A DNA stretch of 64,000 nt, taken from IMG/VR virus record IMGVR_UViG_3300027917_000037; one strand, 5' to 3'. Both the position numbers and the translations under genes were made by a program. Each line of letters begins with the position of its first letter. The first letter of the stretch is position 1. The notes beneath the pieces are model-generated. The model was not told where the DNA came from and did not search any database. It saw nothing but the letters and a program-made list of their open reading frames with translations. This document shows, one piece after another, positions 45,812 to 53,508 of this stretch. The DNA comes from an uncultured virus (IMG/VR IMGVR_UViG_3300027917_000037). Its lineage: Duplodnaviria; Heunggongvirae; Uroviricota; Caudoviricetes.

Positions 45812-46189
45812 ATGGACAAGGATTTTATACTAAAAGTTATTAGAGATTTTGAGACCATTCAAAAAGTAGTTTCCACAAGGCTTGCAGAACTAAAGGCGAT
45901 GGTGGGCGACTCAACTTCTAAGCCTATTAAAAATGATATGTCACAAGAGATTGAAAAAAGGAAATCTGAAATGATGGCGGAAATGGAAAGAATTCGTCAA
46001 GAGGCTTTGGCATCTGCACAAGCCAGCATGTCGCAGATTCCTAAAGATATGCCTATGGCACCGGGTGGTATCCCAGGTATGCCAGGTGGGATGCCCACTG
46101 TGCCTGGAGCCCCACCTTTTACACCGGAAACAATAAAGCAATGGAAAGAAATAAAAAAATCAGAGGAAAAAGATGGTAAAAAAGAGTGA
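45812..46189 (+). CDS. Hypothetical coiled-coil protein with an MPG-rich segment
   Basis: AAGGAG precedes ATG 45806/45812; the track starts at 45776. Confidence 0.6.
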   Translation: MDKDFILKVIRDFETIQKVVSTRLAELKAMVGDSTSKPIKNDMSQEIEKRKSEMMAEMERIRQEALASAQASMSQIPKDMPMAPGGIPGMPGGMPTVPGAPPFTPETIKQWKEIKKSEEKDGKKE

Positions 46190-46484
46190 TTATGAATATC
46201 AAAAAACCCAATCACGCAAGTGGAAATTGGTGCTATTAGTGATTCTATTAGCCACATTGGGAACTGTAGTGCCACCAGTGATTAGTGCGTGGGTTTTTGG
46301 GGCACTAAAACCTTTGGTGATTATTTCAGGAACAGAATATGTTTCTGTTTTAACACTAGTGGTTTCAGCATACTTTGGTGCAAATGTTTTTCAAAAGCAT
46401 GTTGAAAATAAGGCTTCGGCATCATTGGAATTGAAAGCGAACATGAATGTATCAGATGGTAATAATGAAGAAGGAGAGGCATAA
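46173..46484 (+). CDS. Small membrane protein, holin-like
   Basis: SRKW plus a hydrophobic helix; second helix ending AYFGANVFQK; charged C-tail. Confidence 0.55.
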   Translation: MVKKSDYEYQKTQSRKWKLVLLVILLATLGTVVPPVISAWVFGALKPLVIISGTEYVSVLTLVVSAYFGANVFQKHVENKASASLELKANMNVSDGNNEEGEA

Positions 46485-46502
46485 TTTTTGGAGGAATAAA
46501 AA

Positions 46503-49500
46503 ATGGCTGACAGCAACTATCCTAACAGCCTAGACACTGATTTGGAACTCCCGCAAGTAGATGATAATATTACTGAAATCGGCGGAGAAGCGATCAATGG
46601 TTTACGCAGTGCAGTGTTTAATATTGAAGAAACTTTAGGTTTGGACCCACATGGTGCCGCTGCTGATGTTGCAACTAGGTTGGATCAATCTTTAAATCCA
46701 GATGGAACCATCAAGGCTTCAGCACTAAGTGCCGTTGGTTTGGTTACTTTACCTATTACGAACAGTCAGATTGCGACCAACGCTGCAGTAGAAGAGTTAA
46801 AGTTAGATCTTGATTATTCTACGGTACAGTTAAAAACATGGATAGACGAACTTAATGTTTTTATGCGTTCTGTAAACGAAAAGGTAATTGTAGATATTTT
46901 CAACTTATCTCAGCATATTGCACATCCGAGCGCTTATGGGCGCCATTGGACGCAAGATATTGATGGATATACTGGAACCTATGCCTCCTATAATCTCCAG
47001 GGAATAATTACAGATTTAGATACACGCATTATCGATCATGTTACTGATCTTGTTGATGCCCATGATGCTAGTGCCATTTCTGCTGATGATACAAATCTTG
47101 ATTTTACTGCAACCGATGTGCAAACCGCATTAGAGGGTTTGAATGATTTGGGTATTACTGCAGTAATTAGCCATCAAAACAACCAACATGGAAATGGTAT
47201 TTTACGCACTCAAAACACAAATCTGAATAATAGCGATCATAATAAAGTTTTAGTTACTGCTACATCTATATTAGGTGGTGTTACGGCAGGTGATACCAGT
47301 ATTCAGTTTTCTTCCGCCCCGACAGGGCTGGCGGAAGTATTGAGAGGGGATGTTGTAGAAATAGATACTGGAACAGACACCTATCGTTTTGATGTTAATA
47401 AAATAGAAACTGGATCTCCTAGTGTTGTATATATTTTTGGTAATATACCAGTAAGCGTTGGCAGTGCGACAGCGACCATATATCGCACTTCTGAAGAAAC
47501 ATATGCTCCTTCGCCGCTTATTTTAACACTTAGGCAAACCTATGAAGGTGGTTCGGCTGCTGGTGCAATAGTACAAATGATACACCCTAGTGCTCCCTAT
47601 TTATTAAGTAACGGGGCGGATCCACGATCGCTATCTTCAACTATTAAAAATATCAAAATAGCCTGGTCAGTTGGGTCGACAACCGGGGAAACAGAGGAAA
47701 TCGATGTACATAGTATGATGCAAAACTTTGCGCCCACAAGTGGTTATCCAATTGGCACATGGACAGTAGAAAACTTTGTCGTAGCTCTCAACAACTTGTT
47801 TAGGGCAGAAAGTACTTCTGGAAGTTACTCAGGTTCGGGATTCCCTTATCACTATCCATTGATTGCTTTTGCCTATAAAGGCGAGATAGGAATTGCACTT
47901 GACGAAGGGGTAGATGGATATGTGGAACTGCGCGCAATCGAACCCCCTTCATCAAACGGTGCATGGAGCGCTTTGGGTTTTGTTGAAGGGGATAGGGCGT
48001 ATTATGTAGAACCCCGTAGTTGTTATATTGATGGCTATGAAATCTCTTCTGTTAGAAAGATTATCGATACTACTGGTGAAATCAACTCTGCACCAGACGG
48101 TATTATAAATATGGCAGTCAATCCAACTACTTCTGGAGTTCCAGAGGCAGGAATAGTTAGGTTAAAAAATAGTTCCACAGATGATGGGACTTATGTTTAC
48201 AACAATATATCAGTCAACACACTGCTTATCGCAGAGCATAATTTTGTTGGAAGCGGGGGAAGTATAGATGTTGAAGTTTATGCTGATTCCTTTAGAATTA
48301 AAAATGAAATAGATCACGTTTTGTATGAACTTTTTGTGGATGGTTATGAAAATACATCTGTAGAATTGCGAGGAGCGGAGAGAGTAAAATATAGGGCAGC
48401 AAATACGGGAAACCCAGAAGAGTGGTTTGATATTATTAGCATTTCTAGAAACCTTGGTGCTTCTGAAATGCGCATATATATTGATGGTTCCGACAATGTT
48501 ACTCTTGGTGAACGCTCTGGTCTTATTGGTATAACTAATCCTGGCGAGAGTGTCAATTTATATGGCTGTGGTGAAGGTTATGTTTTCAAACTGTATGATG
48601 CTGGTGGAGTAAACTATGTTGAATTAATGATTGTAGATACTGGATTCTCGGGCTCCACTAATGGAATTGATCTTGATATCTTTGACAGAATTAGTGAAGA
48701 AAAATACATTCAAGTTGGTACTGTTACTTATAACGCTGCAAACTTAACTACAAGTTTATCCCACTTGGAAGATACCAGGGCTAAAGGAACGGTTAGAAGA
48801 AAGGACATAGGAGAAGATTATACTAGAGATTATGTTACCTATCCAGTTTCCCGATTAAGGGGTTGTGGTGTTTTCAGAGGTCTTGAAATGTCAGGGGTGG
48901 GTGGTAGTACTCTTACAGTAACTGGTGGTGAAGTTCTGGTTGATGGGATTGTGTATCAGATTGAGGGAAGAGATTTTGCTATTCCAGAAGATAGTGCTTC
49001 TCTATATTATCTCGTATATGTGGATAATCAGGGCGTCTTACAACTTCAAAGAGATAATTACCATGCTTCTGGTGTTCTCACCACGCCTGAAGATTATAAT
49101 GTTTCCGTAAGTTCTGATAAGGCCTTTATAGGCGGTTTATCTGTCAACTCTTCAAATGTTATTACTTGGATTGGAGACTATCGTCGTTTTGTAGGAACAA
49201 TTGATGAAAAACTAGAAATTACAGTAAGTGATGACCCCAAATATGGATCTTTTACCTCCCTACATTCTGCGGTTAATTGGATTGGTCTTCAAGAAACTGG
49301 GGGCGGATCCCCATCATGTACTATAACAGTCAAAGGTCAACTTACCGTGGATTTATCTGACACTGATAATTATCCAGTTCCCCTACCTTATGGGTGTACT
49401 TTACGGGGAGATGGCCGAGCCACTGGCTCCCTTGCTTCAAAGGGAGGTAGAATATTATTACAAAACAGTGGTGCTAGTTATGCTGTAAATGTGCGTAACG

Positions 49501-51527
49501 GTATAGTTAGGGATTTGGATTTTCAGTTTGACTCTGGTGCCTCTTGTTCTTACATTTTATCTATAGGAGATAATGGTGTAGTGGAACGGTGTCTCTTTGA
49601 TAATGTTTCAACTTCTGCACTTAATTTGTCTGGCACCAGTATAAGGATAATAGGCAATAGGTTTTACTACATAAGTTCTGGTACGGCAGCAATTGTTAGT
49701 AGTGGAACAATGACTGATGCTATAGTTGCAGAAAATTATTTGGATGTTGCATCTTCAGGTAGCGCCTTTATGAATCTTGGGAGTAATGATTTAAGTTACT
49801 CTTTTGTTCGCAATAATTATGCAAAATTTAGGGCAACAGGTGTATTTATAACATGTGATGATGTTTCGTATTCTACAGTTGAATCAAACACCATTCTATT
49901 TACCGGATCTTTTAGTGGCACCGGAAACCGTGGCATTGATGTGGATGATTTTACTTATGTGCGTGTAGTGAATAATACATGCTTCGGAGTGGGAACTTTT
50001 ATATCAGCTGATACTATAAATCAAAGTTCTATTAGCGGGAATCATTTTAATAGCATTTATCGTTTTATTCAGGCTATGGGTGGCTTTATAGATGTTATTA
50101 TTGATTCGAACATCATCGTTTCTTCTCAGAGTATGGATGATATTATATATGCTTTAGATTCAAATTATGTTATTATTACAAGGAATGATTTTCAACTAAA
50201 TGGCACGGTGGGGTCGGTTATAGATGTTGGGGGTTCTTATGCATATTATGTGTTAATACAAGGTAATAATATTACTATAGGTACCTCCAGTACGTCGGCT
50301 GGCGATATGATTGTTTTTGGCAGTTCTGCAGAAATCACGATCAGCGACAATTTTCTAGGTGCCTTTGCAAATCAAACGCCAGCCAACAGCATAATCCATT
50401 TTTCTGGAAATATAGACTGGGCTGTAATTGCGAATAATGTCATCGAGAATATGGTATCATCCTCACTTGGAATGCTATATGCATTATATTTTAGTAGTAC
50501 CGGCAGCACTGGTAATGCGGTTGTCACAGACAATACTATTTTAGATTTCAATGGAACCGGTGGTGCGGGAATTAAGGCTACAGAACATATTTTTAAAATA
50601 AATGACAACTATATTTATAACTGTTACAATTGTTTGAACTTGACGAGTGAGGCGGCAATTGGAAATATAATTTCCGGTAATAGATTTTTCAGTTCTGCTA
50701 GTGCAATTACTGTTTATTTGAATTGGACAACAGCATCTGACGAAGGCAGAAATATATTTACTAACAATTATGTATATAATGATACAGCGACTGCGGCACC
50801 TTTAGTCCAAATTAGTGGCGCTCAGAATAAATGGAATGTTATTACAAACAATGTACTAGAATTTGGGCAAGCTTCTGTCGATAGATCCTTATTGTTTGTA
50901 GATGGCGCTTTTCATGTGATCTCAAATAATGTTTTTGTTGGTGATTCATTCACGCACGCGACTTATGCTCCAGTATTATGTTATGCCGATGATACATTGA
51001 TTTCAAATAATGTTTTTGCCATTGATATTGCATCTGTTACAGCTGCCACCATGATTAAAATTTCGGGTGCAACAAATGTTGTTGATTATTTTAACAAGGG
51101 ACAAACATATCAAGCAATACTTCCTTTTTCAAATTCAGATGGTGATATGACAAAAGACATTGGCGTTACCAGCAATGTGGTATTATATAGTACCACGATT
51201 GGTGATGCACAGGTTTTGGAATTTACTGCAAGAGATGTTCCTGTGGGAGCAGAAATTACAACAATAGAAGTGCTTATGGAATCTGCCCTTAGCTCTAGCT
51301 GGGATGCTTTGACGGTAGCCCTTTACGAACGGGATAGTTGGGATGAGCCGACAAACACAACTCAAATTGCTTATGATACATTTAAGGGAACAAGTAGCAC
51401 ACCAGTAGTAAAAACTATTAGTTCGGTTTCTTTTGAAATGGGTACTAAGCCAGTATGTCTGAAGTTCGACTCGGAATATTCATCAAACCTATGGATTTGG
51501 ACTCCCAGGATCACTTACATTTTATAG
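46503..51527 (+). CDS. Large tail fibre/spike with a C-terminal parallel beta-helix
   Basis: N-terminal NYP...LRSAVFNIEETLG shared with 41305; AHDASAIS...TDVQTALE fibre motif; beta-helix rungs. Confidence 0.85.
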   Translation: MADSNYPNSLDTDLELPQVDDNITEIGGEAINGLRSAVFNIEETLGLDPHGAAADVATRLDQSLNPDGTIKASALSAVGLVTLPITNSQIATNAAVEELKLDLDYSTVQLKTWIDELNVFMRSVNEKVIVDIFNLSQHIAHPSAYGRHWTQDIDGYTGTYASYNLQGIITDLDTRIIDHVTDLVDAHDASAISADDTNLDFTATDVQTALEGLNDLGITAVISHQNNQHGNGILRTQNTNLNNSDHNKVLVTATSILGGVTAGDTSIQFSSAPTGLAEVLRGDVVEIDTGTDTYRFDVNKIETGSPSVVYIFGNIPVSVGSATATIYRTSEETYAPSPLILTLRQTYEGGSAAGAIVQMIHPSAPYLLSNGADPRSLSSTIKNIKIAWSVGSTTGETEEIDVHSMMQNFAPTSGYPIGTWTVENFVVALNNLFRAESTSGSYSGSGFPYHYPLIAFAYKGEIGIALDEGVDGYVELRAIEPPSSNGAWSALGFVEGDRAYYVEPRSCYIDGYEISSVRKIIDTTGEINSAPDGIINMAVNPTTSGVPEAGIVRLKNSSTDDGTYVYNNISVNTLLIAEHNFVGSGGSIDVEVYADSFRIKNEIDHVLYELFVDGYENTSVELRGAERVKYRAANTGNPEEWFDIISISRNLGASEMRIYIDGSDNVTLGERSGLIGITNPGESVNLYGCGEGYVFKLYDAGGVNYVELMIVDTGFSGSTNGIDLDIFDRISEEKYIQVGTVTYNAANLTTSLSHLEDTRAKGTVRRKDIGEDYTRDYVTYPVSRLRGCGVFRGLEMSGVGGSTLTVTGGEVLVDGIVYQIEGRDFAIPEDSASLYYLVYVDNQGVLQLQRDNYHASGVLTTPEDYNVSVSSDKAFIGGLSVNSSNVITWIGDYRRFVGTIDEKLEITVSDDPKYGSFTSLHSAVNWIGLQETGGGSPSCTITVKGQLTVDLSDTDNYPVPLPYGCTLRGDGRATGSLASKGGRILLQNSGASYAVNVRNGIVRDLDFQFDSGASCSYILSIGDNGVVERCLFDNVSTSALNLSGTSIRIIGNRFYYISSGTAAIVSSGTMTDAIVAENYLDVASSGSAFMNLGSNDLSYSFVRNNYAKFRATGVFITCDDVSYSTVESNTILFTGSFSGTGNRGIDVDDFTYVRVVNNTCFGVGTFISADTINQSSISGNHFNSIYRFIQAMGGFIDVIIDSNIIVSSQSMDDIIYALDSNYVIITRNDFQLNGTVGSVIDVGGSYAYYVLIQGNNITIGTSSTSAGDMIVFGSSAEITISDNFLGAFANQTPANSIIHFSGNIDWAVIANNVIENMVSSSLGMLYALYFSSTGSTGNAVVTDNTILDFNGTGGAGIKATEHIFKINDNYIYNCYNCLNLTSEAAIGNIISGNRFFSSASAITVYLNWTTASDEGRNIFTNNYVYNDTATAAPLVQISGAQNKWNVITNNVLEFGQASVDRSLLFVDGAFHVISNNVFVGDSFTHATYAPVLCYADDTLISNNVFAIDIASVTAATMIKISGATNVVDYFNKGQTYQAILPFSNSDGDMTKDIGVTSNVVLYSTTIGDAQVLEFTARDVPVGAEITTIEVLMESALSSSWDALTVALYERDSWDEPTNTTQIAYDTFKGTSSTPVVKTISSVSFEMGTKPVCLKFDSEYSSNLWIWTPRITYIL

Positions 51528-51536
51528 GAGATATAA

Positions 51537-52016
51537 ATGAAGTCTGGAATAGAAATGTTAGAAGAGCTTAAAAATTCTGTTGATCTTTTAAACAAAAGAT
51601 ATGAGGTTGTTGAGCAAACCATGAAAGAAATTTTAAACAGAATGAATGGTTTTCAGCAACCTGTTGCATCAATGGAAGAGATGAAGCCAACAATTGCAAG
51701 TACGGTTCCGACGCCCGTGCTACCTTCCAAGCCAACTATAGGAAGTTTTCAAACTTCGAAAAATAGTACAACAAAGGTTATGGGGAAAATAAAGCATGAA
51801 GGTAGAGCGCTGATCGGTGCAGAAGTTACCGTGAAAGATTCTGCTGGTAAGGTTGTAAAAGAAACGAGAACCAACAAGGCTGGAGATTGGATGTGTTTTT
51901 TGCCAATGGGAAAATATAACGCAAAATATAGTTTAAATGGTATTTTGGACACATCTGTAGATTTTCAGGTAACTCCTGGGCAGACATTATTGAGAGTTGC
52001 ACAACCAAAATCGTAG
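51537..52016 (+). CDS. Coiled coil plus a carboxypeptidase-regulatory-like beta-sandwich domain
   Basis: LIGAEVTV......ETRTNKAGDW...LPMGKY. Confidence 0.6.
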   Translation: MKSGIEMLEELKNSVDLLNKRYEVVEQTMKEILNRMNGFQQPVASMEEMKPTIASTVPTPVLPSKPTIGSFQTSKNSTTKVMGKIKHEGRALIGAEVTVKDSAGKVVKETRTNKAGDWMCFLPMGKYNAKYSLNGILDTSVDFQVTPGQTLLRVAQPKS

Positions 52017-52027
52017 GAGTATGGTGA

Positions 52028-52807
52028 ATGAGTACATCACATAGAGTTTATTCGGATTTGTTCCAACTATCTGATTTTGTTCAGCAAGTTGCCGTATCAC
52101 AATCCAAGAATCTCATTATAGATGTTTTACGAGAATACTTCAAACAAGATACATTTTATAGGTATTCAACGGATGGTTTTGGGTTTCCATTGACACCTAA
52201 TGTTACCGATTTGCCTCCAGATATTCAAGAAGAGCGCACAACTCGTATTTTTATTGGGGACATCTTCCGCTTCGACAAGAGATATTGGCCCGCAATTGTA
52301 GTTAGACACGCTTCTGGAAGAACCTATCATGTAAGTTTCAATCAAAATTATACGACCAAATATAGACTTGATTTGGTGGTTGATGGTTATGGAGAGCGTT
52401 CCTATATTAGAATACCAACGCATAAGGTTGTTGCGGGCGCTTGGGATCAGAGTTTTGATGTTCAAATCGCTGCGGAAAGTATTCCAGATAGGGAAGAATT
52501 AACGGATATTGTATCCTCTTTCTTCATTGGTAAAATTCGCCAAGAGATTTATGAATCGGGACTTTTTATTCGCAATGTAAATATTGGAGGGGAAAGGGAA
52601 GAGGATTGGGGCAACGATAAGGTATATCTGCAAAACATCACTCTTGATACATATTCTGAATGGCGACGAGAAATTCCAATCAATGCTAACGATCTGTTGG
52701 AAACAATTAATTTCTGTTTCAATTATGGACTTTTTGGTGGTGAGAATTTTGCCACTTCAACAACTCTTGTAACTACAGAGGATAACACCATAGGAATAGA
52801 TGTTTAG
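52028..52807 (+). CDS. Putative tail completion/terminator protein
   Basis: Located before the sheath gene; WPAIVV...DREELTDIV pattern. Confidence 0.5.
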   Translation: MSTSHRVYSDLFQLSDFVQQVAVSQSKNLIIDVLREYFKQDTFYRYSTDGFGFPLTPNVTDLPPDIQEERTTRIFIGDIFRFDKRYWPAIVVRHASGRTYHVSFNQNYTTKYRLDLVVDGYGERSYIRIPTHKVVAGAWDQSFDVQIAAESIPDREELTDIVSSFFIGKIRQEIYESGLFIRNVNIGGEREEDWGNDKVYLQNITLDTYSEWRREIPINANDLLETINFCFNYGLFGGENFATSTTLVTTEDNTIGIDV

Positions 52808-53295
52808 TGTTCCCATTTGCGTAGAGCACAACAATTCTTACATAACATCACATATCCTTCCAATTCATTTCTAAGTCTTTGCAAAGACATATTTTTTGCC
52901 CTGCCAATCGAGAATGTTCCTTTTTCAGAGTAAAATTCATATACGGGCACAGGATATGAGATGCCACAATCATGACATGCCCCGCCATACATTTGGATTA
53001 TTGTTTCCAACTTTTCCTCGAACTTTAGTCTTTTTACCAATTCTTGACAAGACATACAATAACTAAAGGGTTTTCCGCTATCCTTTCTTTTATAAAACTC
53101 AGATGTTTTTTTGGTTTTTTGGCATCTTACACAAAACGCTTCACCCTCTTTTAATTGTATAATGTACGGTCTGGTATTATTACCTTTTAGCGGCGAGCAA
53201 TCCATACAAAACTTTCTGCCTGAAAGATTATAAATTTGTCCTTCTATGTTGATTTTATTAGGAAAATCTTTCCCACAATTTTTGCATTTTGGCAT
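52804..53295 (-). CDS. Cys-rich Zn-finger protein with a degenerate HNH-like domain
   Basis: Multiple CxxC; YGGACHDCG...EL....MLCKNC; AGGAG RBS; the only convincing minus-strand gene. Confidence 0.75.
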   Translation of the reverse strand: MPKCKNCGKDFPNKINIEGQIYNLSGRKFCMDCSPLKGNNTRPYIIQLKEGEAFCVRCQKTKKTSEFYKRKDSGKPFSYCMSCQELVKRLKFEEKLETIIQMYGGACHDCGISYPVPVYEFYSEKGTFSIGRAKNMSLQRLRNELEGYVMLCKNCCALRKWEH

Positions 53296-53309
53296 GATTT
53301 GCTCCTATT

Positions 53310-53330
53310 ATTATATGTTTTTATTGATAG
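53310..53330 (-). promoter_or_regulatory. Putative late promoter (minus strand)
   Basis: Reverse complement reads CTATCAATAA-aaaca-TATAAT, directly upstream of the minus-strand gene. Confidence 0.72.
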
Positions 53331-53384
53331 CAAAAATAATTCTCTCACTACCCACCTGTTACGCAAGTGTTTGAAATTTAAATT

Positions 53385-53405
53385 CTATCAATAACCAAAT
53401 ATATA
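53385..53405 (+). promoter_or_regulatory. Putative late promoter for the tail operon
   Basis: CTATCAATAA-ccaaa-TATATA. Confidence 0.7.
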
Positions 53406-53508
53406 CTTGAATAAGTTTATTGTAGTTAAACCTCGGTTTTCCTGCAGTTTTTAGCAAAATTGAAAGGAGTATATATCAACAATCAAAAATAGTTGGAGGA
53501 TTGTTTAA

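Noticed and set aside
1656..53405. AT-rich promoter motif as an archaeal TATA box (archaeal virus)
   Set aside because: Peptidoglycan-binding-like domains, a bacterial-type Csp, consistent SD sequences and intrinsic hairpin-U terminators favour a bacterial host, though the host is not proven.
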